A stretch of DNA of 57,892 bases, counting the filler, from Dugesia japonica (taxonomy: Eukaryota): assembly GCA_001938525.1 (NCBI GenBank). It is 4 parts of 4 records of this genome, joined end to end, with 100 filler letters (N's around TTAATTAATTAA, not from the genome) between each part and the next. Parts side by side here need not be neighbours in the genome. Positions count along the whole stretch, not along the records: positions 36,598 to 57,892 come from MQRL01621197.1; 3 more parts are not named here. The stretch is one strand, 5' to 3'. The notes below the pieces were generated by a model. That model saw nothing but the letters and a program-made list of their open reading frames with translations. It was not told the origin of the DNA and did not search any database. Positions 37,770-48,779 of this stretch are shown one piece after another (the first letter of the stretch is position 1; the number at the start of each line of letters is the position of its first letter). A program made the translations under genes and the position numbers.

Positions 37770-38017
37770 TGAAGTGTGAGATTATTCCAACAAAGATTTC
37801 AGCAATTTTATTGAATATTAATTGGATATAATAAAAATTAATACTTTAAATTATTTTGCCAATAAAAAATATAGGACTATAAAAAAATATATAAATAATC
37901 GAAAAATTTCCTTTTATCAAATATTTTTACAAATTAAATAAATTTTAAATGTATTGAAATTAAAAACACATAAAAAATCAAAATTTTCATTCTTTTTGTA
38001 AGTTTATTTAAAAATTA

Positions 38018-38787
38018 TAGACCTGTAAAATAAAAAAAACCAATAAAAACCTTTAAAAAGCCTATTAAAACCTATAAAAAATCTATGAAAACCTATTAAA
38101 ATCTATAGAAACCAATAAAAATCTATAGAAACCTGTAAAAAATCTATTATATTCTATTAAAACCCATAGAAATCTATGAAAACCTATAAAAATCTATGAA
38201 AAACTATAAAAACATGAAAACCTATTTTTAAAAAATTTATGAAAACCAATAAAAACTATAAACCCCTATAAAAAATTTCATTAAAATAAAGAAAAAGCTG
38301 CGATCAAAATAAAATGTATTTGTAAAGAAATTCTAATTTTCGACACTTATCTTCAGGAATATGATGACTTTTTGAAAGATTTAAAATGACAATAGATCTT
38401 TGCTACAAAATTCTTTATCTTTTTATATCGAAATTTCATTGGTCTATTTAAAGTATAATTTTTTTATTTTAAAATCTCAAGAAATTTTTTTTATTAGCAT
38501 TAAAATATTACAAGTTTTTTTAAAAATGTTTTAATTATTTTATTTATATTTATTGTAATTATTGAAAAAATGACTATAAAAATTAATGAAAACCTATGAA
38601 AATCTATTAAAACAGTCTATGAAACCCTTTAAAAAAAATCTACGAAAACCCAAAAAATACCTATAAAAAGTGTATTAAAAACCTATGAATACCTTTAAAA
38701 AAACCTATGAATAGATGGGTTTTAATAGGTTTTTTTGGTTGTTTTAGGTTTTCATGTTTATATAGGTTATTTTATTTTACAGGTCTA
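38018..38787. mobile_element. MITE with 18-bp perfect TIRs and internal aaaacctat repeats
   Basis: tagacctgtaaaataaaa (38018-38035) and ttttattttacaggtcta (38770-38787), with 10-11 nt internal repeats. Confidence 0.8.
38275..38455 (-). mobile_element. family A hammerhead repeat copy nested in the MITE
   Basis: Colinear with 4396-4565. Minus strand ATTC-CTGAAGA-..GTC-GAAA-AT-TA-GAAT at about 38330-38360. Confidence 0.65.
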
Positions 38788-38791
38788 AAAT

Positions 38792-38863
38792 GGGTCCATC
38801 CAAGGGACAAGGGAGGGGTAAAAAAGTGCTAATTTTTTGGGGACGTCCTTAATGGATGGTCCC
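38792..38863. mobile_element. very small MITE
   Basis: TIR-like gggtccatcc and ggatggtccc. Confidence 0.5.
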
Positions 38864-39197
38864 GATTCAGTATATTTGCTGAAATCTTTATTGGAATAAT
38901 ACATACTGAATAATCTCACTTTTCATTTTGTTTGATGATGTCACCAGGTTGATCCATTGATCAACAATAAAGTTTCATTTTAAATTTCAAATTTTCTACC
39001 TTTATTTTTTGAAGTTAATTAAAATATTTATCTAATGATTTTCGTTACCAACTTCAATAGAACCATCAAAATATTTAACTGTCTCAAACATTTGTTAGTT
39101 TTAACCTTCGTTTTGACAAAATTTTTTTTATCTATTTTACCAGTTTTCAAACTTTTTTAAACAAATAAATCAGAGTTTCAATGATCTTTACTTTCAG

Positions 39198-39371
39198 TTC
39201 TAAAATATCAAAATGCTATATTTAAACCTGTCCAAAAATTTCCCAAAGGAAGAACAGAGATATTATTTTATGAAGAATTATTTGGTTTTAAATCTAGCGA
39301 TGAATATTCTGATTTGAAAAATTTTGTTCCGAATTACGTTGGTATTTTTAAAAAAACTTCTTCTGAAAAAG
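39198..39371 (+). CDS. IPMK: inositol polyphosphate multikinase, internal exon
   Basis: ctttcag| acceptor and g|gttaac donor. LKYQNAIFKPVQKFPKGRTEILFYEELF...DLKNFVPNYVGI resembles IPMK VLKQLQPPPRGPRELEFY...LRKYLPKYYGI. Not in the ORF track. Confidence 0.88.
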
Positions 39372-39473
39372 GTTAACTATCGATTTTATTTAATTTGCTT
39401 TATCAATAATGTTTTTTTATTATTTGAAAAATGTACTTTTTAAATATTGATGTAGAAATTATAAGTACTTTTA

Positions 39474-39555
39474 TTATGTGCAAAATATATTATAACAGAA
39501 AATGACAAAAATTAGTTTTTACCTAAATTCAATTAGCTTTATAGGTCAATAAAAT
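39474..39555. repeat. left arm of intron-spanning inverted repeat (partner 46191-46271)
   Basis: Reverse complement of 46191-46271 except for one extra T. Confidence 0.95.
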
Positions 39556-39599
39556 CAAAATTGACAAATAAATCTAGATTGACATACATTTTTTTAAAA

Positions 39600-39960
39600 C
39601 NGGCTTGAGCATTTGAGGTTTTAAATTGCGCTCCATCCACTTTAATTATCTCAGATAATCTCACGAAAACATTTCGCCAACGTATGGTATTTTCATTCAT
39701 GAGTTTTTTTTATTAAATGAGTCAATAGTTTCTCCTTCATTCAACCTTCTAACAAATTCATTCCATATTGAGTGTTCAATTGTTTTTTCATGCTCTATTA
39801 ATCTCGTCGACACATTTTCACAATCATTGAATCCTTTCGCAGTTAGTGCTATTTCTATCTTAGAAAAAAGCCTGCATGGAAAACAAAAAAGGATTGATTT
39901 AATTTACCGTGCGTCCTGAGCCATAGCCTAACTCTCTCAGCTCTAGAATACGGTATCCAT
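39600..39960 (-). mobile_element. hAT (ZMYM1-like, TTF zinc finger) transposase fragment
   Basis: LFCFPCRLFSK...LTAKGFNDCENVSTRLIEHEKTIEH..W...L..GETID......RWRNVFVRL. Confidence 0.75.
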
Positions 39961-40499
39961 ATAAAAATTAGGGGATTGGTTCTACATTTTAAATATCAGC
40001 TAAAAAAAGGTGAATGAAATATTATGTAAATTCATGGTTCTTATGTGCTTTATGCACACATTTAATTTAAACCAAAAAGTAAAAGAAAAAAACAATCCAT
40101 TTAATAATTATTTTATAAAAAAGCATAATTTTAGATTAAAAAAAAACATTAATAATTTAACAAAAATTACTTGAAAAATCAATTAAAAAAATTCATAACT
40201 TTTTTCATAATATTTTTTCTCCATAAATAGAAAACAGATGCAATATTCTTTTGGAATCGCGTAAAAACAGAATTAGGTGTATTTCGTAATATTTATAAAT
40301 TTCTATTAAAATCGGGCTCTGGGCCANATGTACCGAAATACGAATTGGAAACACAATTAAATTTATTAATTTTTCTGAGATATAAAATTAATCAAACAGC
40401 TTAACTTTATATGATTTATTGAAGCATAATCTATACAAAAATTATAATTTTCGGCGAGGAAAATTTGCCTTTCAGGCCAGTCCTACTAATAAATCTTCA

Positions 40500-41455
40500 T
40501 TCCAGAAAAAAAATAAAATAAACAAAATCTGCCGCATTATTTTCAGATAATTGTAAAAATCAACAAAATGAGTAGAATTCAACGAGACTGGATGATATTC
40601 AGATTCCAAATTGTTATTGTATCAATAGATTTCAGACTATAATTTATTCATGGAAAACTATATTGTCCAGCGCTTCTTAAATTGGTTTCATTGATGACCC
40701 TTTAATATGGGCAGAGATTGGGAACTTTTTTTTACCCCGAGAGGCTGTAACAAAGGAGGCCGCTTTAGTTGATATGAAACTTTTATTAAATTATTACAAT
40801 TTTAATGTAGTAATTTTTTAAATGCTGATTAACAGCATTTGCATCCCCAGATACAACGCCAAATGAAATAGAATGCCGCTTTCTAAAACGCTTGATCCAG
40901 CTCGTATTACCTTGAAAATGATTAATGTTCAATCTTTCAGCGATCTGATTGGCTTTATCAATCAGTAATTGCGAGCTGATTGGAATATTATTACGTCTTT
41001 GTTGCTTAAACCATTCGATTAATTCAGAGTTGATAGTTTCAAATGGCGTATTTTTCACTTTTTTAGTATTCATGGGTCTGTTTTCTATCGTATTAAAAAT
41101 CTTTGCCCAATTATTTTTTATAGCTAAAATTGTAGATGGATACTCGCCATACTCTCTTTCTAAATGGGTCTGTTTCACTTTTCTAATTTACAAGGAATTT
41201 CATATTTATTTTTTAGTGTTATTGCCTTTTTGTTCACGTGCATAATGGTCAAAATATTCAAACAAATTTAATATTAAAACAAATTTAATTTTAGAACAAA
41301 TAAAAATATTTTTAATGTTCTGTTTAACCGAAATTGCTTAAACAGAACAAATTTCCATATAAAATATGGTAAAAGTCAAAAACGGGACTGATTTTTGTTC
41401 TTTTTAACCGAAAAAGTTTGTTTAAACGGGTTATTTTTAGACAGGTTACATTTTA
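40500..41455 (-). mobile_element. Tigger/CENP-B-like transposon remnant
   Basis: HTH LIEWFKQQRRNNIPISSQLLIDKANQIAERL...GNTSWIKRFRKRHSI (ORF 40786-41178), with a TIR-like end near 41450. Confidence 0.85.
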
Positions 41456-42212
41456 TAGACTTATTTAAACACCATTTCAAATAAAATTAATAAATTATAA
41501 GTATTTTTAAATAATTTTATTATAAAGAAATACAATAGAAAACTAATAAAATTGAAGTCAGTAAGATATTAGTGCTTGTTTATTGCTTGAAAGTAATTGA
41601 ATATATCGTAAGTACAGTCCTTATTGATTCTCTAAATAAATATCTGTAATTTTCTTTTTTAAATTAGCAAACCGTGTGCATTCTCTTGTAGAAATAAATA
41701 TTCAACAGTATTTTTCCAGATTTCAATTAAATCCTTTTTATAGTCAAAAATGGTTAATTGCGTTAACTTAACTCAAATAACTCCTTTTTTTGAATATTTA
41801 CATTGATTGAGAATGAAGTAATAAAATGATAATCATTCATATAATGATTTTTTTATTTTTGTGATTCTTTTATGTATGGAAGAATATATTTTTCATTAGG
41901 ATTCTCATTAAACAAATGCTAATCAAAATCATGTTTAAAAAGAAAGGTAAAAATATTTTCTGCCTTATCTAAAAAATATAACCTCTGTCCGAAACAAATA
42001 AAAAATAACCGGGTTTGTATCATGACAATTTTACAAATATCCCAATATAAGTCATCATTAAATCAAATATCAATTAATACAAGAACTAGCTTTTACATAG
42101 GCCTCAGGTTTATCAAATACGATATATATCTTGTTTTGTTTTAATTTATTACTTCTTGTTTACAAAACCCCACCAAAATTGACATTTGTGTTCAGCATTG
42201 TTTAACAAATCA

Positions 42213-43240
42213 TCATGTAAATATACAGTCACACAGCGTGTGGAAATCATAAAGATTTATTATAAAATCCATGAATCGATTACTGCTACGTTTCGATCAT
42301 TAAGTATAATTTATGATAAATATAATCGATCTACAGAGTTTACTATTTGTAATTTATTAAAAGATTCGAATAAAATTTTAGAGTTTGTGATGTAAAGAAT
42401 CCAACTCACCAAAAACTTAAATGTGTTGCTAAAAATATTGATGCTGTGAACAAAAGTTTGGATGAAAATCTGGAACAATCAATTCCACGTCGTTTTGAAG
42501 AACTTGAACTTTCGTATGGCACAACATGGAATATTATTCATAAAGATCTGCTTTTCAAGGAGTATAATATTCAGTTAACCCTAAGAACTTAAACCAGATA
42601 ATAATTTATTATAGAGAAATTTTGTAGATTTATCTTTACAGCAACTTGAAAGAGATTCACCATTTAATAAAAGAAATGATATTTAGTGATGAAGTTCATT
42701 TTTGGTCAATGTCTTCTAAAATAAGCAAAATTGCCGGATTTGAAGTACAGAAAATCCGCATGTCGTTATTGAACAATTTTTAGATGCATATAAAGTAACA
42801 GTTTGGTGTGATTTATGGTCTGAACGGATGCAGTTAATGGGGATGGAGAATGTTACAAGAACATGATTACTGAATTTTGTGGCATGAATTACAAGATTTT
42901 GATCCAGACAAATGTGGTTTCAACAAAACGGTGCCAAATGCCACGCATCTCGTGTCACAATCGATTTTTTAAGAAAAAGGTTTCCTGGTTGAATAATCTC
43001 AAGAAATGCCTGTAAGATTATGTGATATAAATCCATTGAAATTCTTTCTCTAAGATTACGTTAAATTATTTGTTTACACCAAGAAACCACAAGCACTCCA
43101 TGACCTGAAAACGAACATTAATCATATCACTGGTGAAATTAGTACTAAAATATGTGACAAAGTTACCAAAAATTGGTGTTCCAGATTCACATTTCTAAAA
43201 AGGTTTATAGGCAGTCATTTACAAGAAATCTTTTTTTAAT
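42213..43240 (+). mobile_element. Tc1/mariner transposase pseudogene (DUF4817-type N-terminus)
   Basis: YTVTQRVEIIKIYY, IFSDEVHFW, NKQNCRI, KVTVWC, WFQQNGAKCHASRVTIDFL, FPG*IISR and KPQALHDLKTNI motifs, with several frameshifts. Confidence 0.85.
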
Positions 43241-43899
43241 AAAAAGATTATGAATCAATCTTTACGATAAATATAAATTGATATCTTATACCGTTTTCTT
43301 TTTATTTCAAATAAAAATATGTTATAGCTGTTATTTGATAACCTATATCATCAAGAATTTTTGCGACTCCGAATATTAAATTTTTTATACAAAATACTAA
43401 TCCCAAAATAAAATCTGTAATAAATTTTGTGGTAAATAAACCATTATTATTATTATTTGATTTCATGTAAGGAGTAGATGTAAAATGTGTCATATATATT
43501 TAGAATTCTGAGTTACAAACAATTTAGACGTTATTCATCATGTATAAATTTTAAAAGTGAAATTTCAACATGAATAAACCAAAAGAATCCATCTACTCTT
43601 GTTGGGGTTCTAGGATTATTATGTAAATTTCATTCCTTGTTTCCCGCTTCTATTTTATATAGATTTCTCGCTTGGTCTACCTTCTTTTTCTTCTTCCTCT
43701 GTGTTGGCAACTCATCTACCTGAGTCCAGCAGGTGTTCGTTATTCTCTTGTCTTATTCTCCTCATTACATTACTTTACCAATAAAATACACTTCGACCCA
43801 CTAAACAAGAAATTGCTTGTAACATTTATATTATTACATTTCATTCTGATTCTTAATCAAACAGCTCCATCAATGATGATCTTAACGCCTTCCTTTTTC

Positions 43900-44310
43900 G
43901 TGTTATCGAGAGCTGGTTGATACATCCGGTCAAGTGTCTTGATGTTCGCTAACAACATTGCTTTGCGATCCGCGTAGCAATTTACCAGGTCAGCCAATAT
44001 ACGATAGTTTTGCATAAAGCTGAACTCTCTTTCAATCTAGCAATTTCTGGTTCCGATTCTTCACATTCTGACCAAATTTCACGTCAAATTCCATTAAAGC
44101 ATGTTTTTAATTTCTAACTAACATTAGTTTATATTTTCTATAATCGTTATGTTATAATTTTCCAAAACAATTGCTGCAGTTATCTAATCGTTTGTCGTAA
44201 ATAGTAACATTTGAGGTTAGATATACACCTTGACCCATTGGTTGTAAGATAAATGTGTTATTTGGTGGCATAAATACAACTTTTATGTTTTCGGACAATT
44301 TGAAAGACGC
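43900..44310 (-). mobile_element. Tigger/pogo transposase 3' fragment
   Basis: LSENIKVVFMPPNNTFILQPMGQGV. Confidence 0.75.
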
Positions 44311-44619
44311 AAATCGAGGTCTTAATATAATATTAGTTATTTTATTATTTAAGAGGATTAATAAAATATAGGAAATTGTTATGTAATACAAATACGATAC
44401 ACAATTTGAAGTTAGAAGACAAGATGACCGTGAAATTGAACTAAAAATACATTTTTTCGACTTTATCACGAAATTTTGACATGATTTTGATTTTATTATT
44501 ATCACTAAAATAACAAAAATACAAAAATAATAAAGTGTTGATCCAATTCAAATGTATTTCTTATCACAGTAAACTTATAACCAGCAAATAAATAATTAGC
44601 AAGTGTATTCAGTCCTGAT

Positions 44620-45291
44620 TATTATTATATGTTAAGCGCAAATAATGCACCACATTAAATGGAAGAAAGGTAAGTAGACACATGTTTTCCCTAGGAATAC
44701 CAGTAAAACGAACTACATCATCAATATGCTGGGCAACTAGGTTGCTGTTGTTAATTGTCACCCACTGCACATTTCAAAACCATTGTCTTAGATGGCTCTT
44801 CCAATGTGTCAATCAATGTGCACAAATATTTATTACTCTGGATCTCACTTTATGCCAAAATCATGAATGTTTATTTGCCATTGAACTTGCTTTTCACAGC
44901 GTCTTGCTTCTATTCTAATGTTCTCTACTTTGGTTTTGCACGCAGTTTCACTTGGAAATTCCTTATTATGTTGAGAAACAAAAAGTTTATTGATGGGTGG
45001 CGAAGTTTGTTTATTGGTATATCAGCCGCTGTAAATACCGTTACTACATCTGTCACGAAGTCACTTGTAGACAGAAACTTTAGCGTAAACGACGATAATG
45101 ATTGTGTTGTGATGTGTTGCAATTTAAGTTGATGCCGAGCAGAAGGCAAATATGAAGGCATTTTTCAAATTTAACATTGCATTCGCATAACTTGCAATAC
45201 AGCTGTATTTGGGATATTGGTGAATTCTAATGGAAACTCAGCTGCTAGTTGGCGTTGTTTAGATGTGCATGTTGCCTCTATCTTCGGTATA
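44620..45291 (-). mobile_element. CGGBP1-like/hAT-derived transposase pseudogene
   Basis: LAAEFP...LYCKLCECNVKFEK..SARHQ zinc finger, FVTDVVTVFTAADIPINKLRHPSI and SEIQSNKYLCTLI. Confidence 0.65.
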
Positions 45292-45601
45292 TTGAATCAC
45301 ACCATATTGCAGCAATTATCGCACAGTACACAAATATTAAGCAAAATGAGTAAAAGCGCATGAGTGGTTCATATTTAATAGCAGTTTTTTTATTAGCAAA
45401 AGGTTAAGCAATGACTCATCACACCGGCACATATGTATAAGCCGACATATATGATGCCACTGTGGTATGGATATGTTTACGAATGTTTGTGTTCTCTAAA
45501 GACTCCCTTTCTTAGTGTGGTCTATGATGTCGTCTGCTGTACCCTCTATTGACGTGTTATAATTGGTAATAACTATTGTGTAAAGAATTTCTGTTTACAT
45601 A

Positions 45602-45750
45602 ATCGGTGGATTCCACTACAACAATTCAAATATACACAATTCCACTCTGAAAATTCCACTAGACTCAATTCACTTATCAATTAGGGTTAGGGTTTAGGGA
45701 ATTAAGTATAGTGGAATTGTTCTAATAGAGTGAATCTAAATTCGTCGGTT
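45602..45750. mobile_element. small foldback MITE with internal TTAGGG repeats
   Basis: aattccact repeats inverted against agtggaatt, with central ttagggttagggtttaggg. Confidence 0.5.
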
Positions 45751-45762
45751 TATGTATAAATG

Positions 45763-46021
45763 CTGTACAGACTTATGGTCATAGGACAATTGCTGATGAC
45801 CATATCGTCATAGGGACTGTTGGTCATAAAGGGAAACGGTCATAGGATGTTTGGTCACTGTAAACCGTCAATAAAAGTACTTTAAATGGTACTTTTAATT
45901 GAAAAAATTATTTGGTAATAACAGTAATGACCAAACATCCTATGGCCAACAGTCCGTATGACCATATGGTCATGATCAATTGTCCTATGACCAACGACAT
46001 ATAACAATAAGTCCTATAACC
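45763..46021. mobile_element. Mutator-type foldback MITE with 9-bp target site duplication
   Basis: Long inverted ggtcata/tatgacc repeat arms, flanked by direct gtataaatg (45754-45762 and 46022-46030). Confidence 0.8.
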
Positions 46022-46190
46022 GTATAAATGAGCTGTTTGACGCAGCTACTGAGCGTTTATTAGTTATTAAATACCTAAAGAATATTGACGATATAGACAA
46101 TTAACTTTTGCAGCGAACCTCACATTTAAACCTTGTTCTGACTTATTAACTTTCTTGCGTGGGTATGTAGGCACGTAAAGTATCAAATTT

Positions 46191-46271
46191 ATTTTATTGA
46201 CCTATAAGCTAATTGAATTTAGGTAAAAACTAATTTTTGTCATTTTCTGTTATAATATATTTTGCACATAA
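46191..46271. repeat. right arm of intron-spanning inverted repeat (partner 39474-39555)
   Basis: 81/82-nt identity to the reverse complement of 39474-39555. Confidence 0.95.
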
Positions 46272-46625
46272 ATCACTGTACCTTTCATTAATCCATACCG
46301 TGATCATTTTTTAAAATATATTAGCTCGCGAAATCTCACTAAATATGAATTTGTTAAATTTTAATGGTTGCAGATCAGTAAAAAATCTTTAAAATAAAAG
46401 TGTTATTTTATTCTTTTATATTTATTGTATTATTTTTATTATTATTATGATTATAACTAATCATATAGAATTAGAAAATCGTTATTAGACTTAAGATCCA
46501 CTAAGAATCTAACAAATTTGATCTGTTTATCTAAACGTGTTTTTAATTTTAAATTTTAAATTTCGTATTGTGTTTTAATTGTTAATATTTTATTATTCAC
46601 TGGAACATTAACATTTTTTTTAAAG

Positions 46626-46801
46626 TGAAGATCTTCATTGGATTGGAAAACGTTCTTTCTATTTGTGATTTTTCTAATATAGCTGATATTAAACTTGGCC
46701 AAATTACATATGAACCAGATGCCGATCCTCTAAAAATAACTATAGAAAAAGCAAAATATTTTTGGCGTGAAGAAATCGGATTTTTATTTACTGGAATTAG
46801 A
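46626..46801 (+). CDS. IPMK: inositol polyphosphate multikinase, internal exon with DxKxG motif
   Basis: taaag| acceptor, phase 1 compatible. IGLENVL....SNIADIKLGQITYEPDA..KI....KY..REEIGFLFTGIR resembles LEDVT..PCIMDVKIGQKSYDPFA..KI...KYP..EEIGFLVLGMR. Donor |gtaaat. Confidence 0.92.
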
Positions 46802-46857
46802 GTAAATTGTTATGTGTTATAAGTAAATTCATAACATGTTATATATTATTTGTCAAG

Positions 46858-46942
46858 GTATATAATAAGGAAAAGAATGAATACCTTTTTTTTGATAGAT
46901 ATCACGGTTTGTCTCTTGATCCTGAAATGATATTTGACAAAG
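46858..46942 (+). CDS. IPMK: inositol polyphosphate multikinase, internal exon
   Basis: Follows a 56-nt GT-AG intron. VYNKEKNEYLFFDRYHGLSLDPEMIFDKG resembles VYH...Y....HYGRSL..ETIKDG. Donor g|gttata. Confidence 0.85.
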
Positions 46943-47096
46943 GTTATAATATATTTATATTTAACTATGTTAAAAGCAATAACATGTTATAATAAACTGT
47001 TATAATATAGCATTCCAATAAACATAAAATAAAGTATAGAAAATACATTATAGAATGTATTTTATTATTATACGCCAAATACTCCTAACATAGGCT

Positions 47097-47396
47097 TTAA
47101 GCTTGTAGATTAAAATTATGGGCAATCCCACGCAAGTATTCAAGAATTGGTCGATTGTTATAATCAGCAACAACTGTTATTGTGCGATTTGATGAATTCT
47201 TGTATTTTTTTCCTTCCAGGCTCAGTTGGCTCCTTTGTAAAAACACCATTCCTTGTATGGCAGCGCGACCTACATTTAGCTTTGCGATAATCTGTGCATC
47301 TCCAAATCTGTATATTATTTTTTCTTTACGAAATGTGTAGCCATCTTTAACTAAAAAAGAAGCACTTTTGTTGCTTCTAACAAACTCCAATACCAT
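47097..47396 (-). mobile_element. internally deleted MULE (FLYWCH N-terminus fused to C-terminus)
   Basis: LVKDGYTFRK..(frameshift)IWRCTDYRKAKCRSRCHT is a FLYWCH domain. KKYK....YNNRPILEYLRGIAHN is the animal MULE C-terminus. Confidence 0.8.
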
Positions 47397-48779
47397 TTCT
47401 ACGTTGCAATTGTCATATGGTTTCGATTTTGTCTTTCCATTCTAGGGTATATATACAGATAAGTATCATTAATTTCTACTCATGAAATTTGTAACCTTTA
47501 ATTAATTGCTTTATAAAGCAATCCCCTAATAATTTATCCTAATACTTCTATTTANTTAGTACTTATATCGATCGAAATGTTTTAAATGTACGTAGTTTAA
47601 AATTTATATAATATAATAAAATAATATAATATTTATTATTGTTCGCCTGATTTAATGTCGCCCTTATTATAGTAAACCATATACTGTACATGTTCTGAAC
47701 AGTTAATATTTTTTCAATAGTTTTTTGATTGATGTCATTTTTTGCCCACTGAATAATTTATTAGAAAAATAAATTCTATGGATAAATAGATGTTTTGATT
47801 AATTAATAACTTTCAAATATAAAGCCAAAATCTCTTATTTTTATTAATTTCATTGAATATACGCTTTTATAGCATTGGTTCTACGCTCATTTAAAAATTA
47901 TATTAGTTTATCTTTATAACGTTTTCTCTGAGACTTCATTAACTTTCCATCAAAACTGCTCATAAGAATGTCTTAATTGATTAGTGGTTTTCACTGTGCT
48001 CCGTATTATGTATACAAAAAGAAGTTCAAGATGCTGTTTAATGCAAATTCTTTTGACCAAATTGTCGGTTAAATATACTAAAATTTACATTATTTAAACA
48101 AACCTAACACATTTTTCAGCTCAGCGGAATTTGATACTGACATATAATATTGCCAAGATTTTTGTTCGTATTGGTGTATGATTAATTCATAATTTACATA
48201 AATCACAATTTTGTGCTGAACAATAATTAATAACGTTAGATTGAAGTATGGTCGAACACATTCAATATCACCTTTCTTAATATTACGACCAATTTAGTAT
48301 CATGCTGTATTAAATTCCAAGTAAATTGTTATTGCAAAAAATGACATGGTACATGTTAAATTTGAATTACAAGGATGAAACATATTTTTTCTCTTTGGAT
48401 TTAATTGTTATAATAATGCTATGTGAAAATGTCGTTAATCGTTATTTTTTACTGCTTATACTTATTTGAAACCAGTTGACAGTTTCATTGTTTTAATGTA
48501 ATTTTAATTTACCATATGAACATATGATTAAATTTAAAACCAAAATTTGTTTTGAGTTATTTTTCTCAACCATTTTAACATACATTTAATATATTTACAC
48601 GACGTGAGTTCCTAAACTTTATAGTTTCATTATTTAATTTACATTTCAGTAATTTTTCAACAACTTCATATCGCCGAAATTCTGATTTTATTCTATATAA
48701 TTCAAACTATACTGTAAGTAAAATACTGTTAATTTACTAGTTGTAAATATATTATGCATGATTTTCTACGTTTCCCTCC

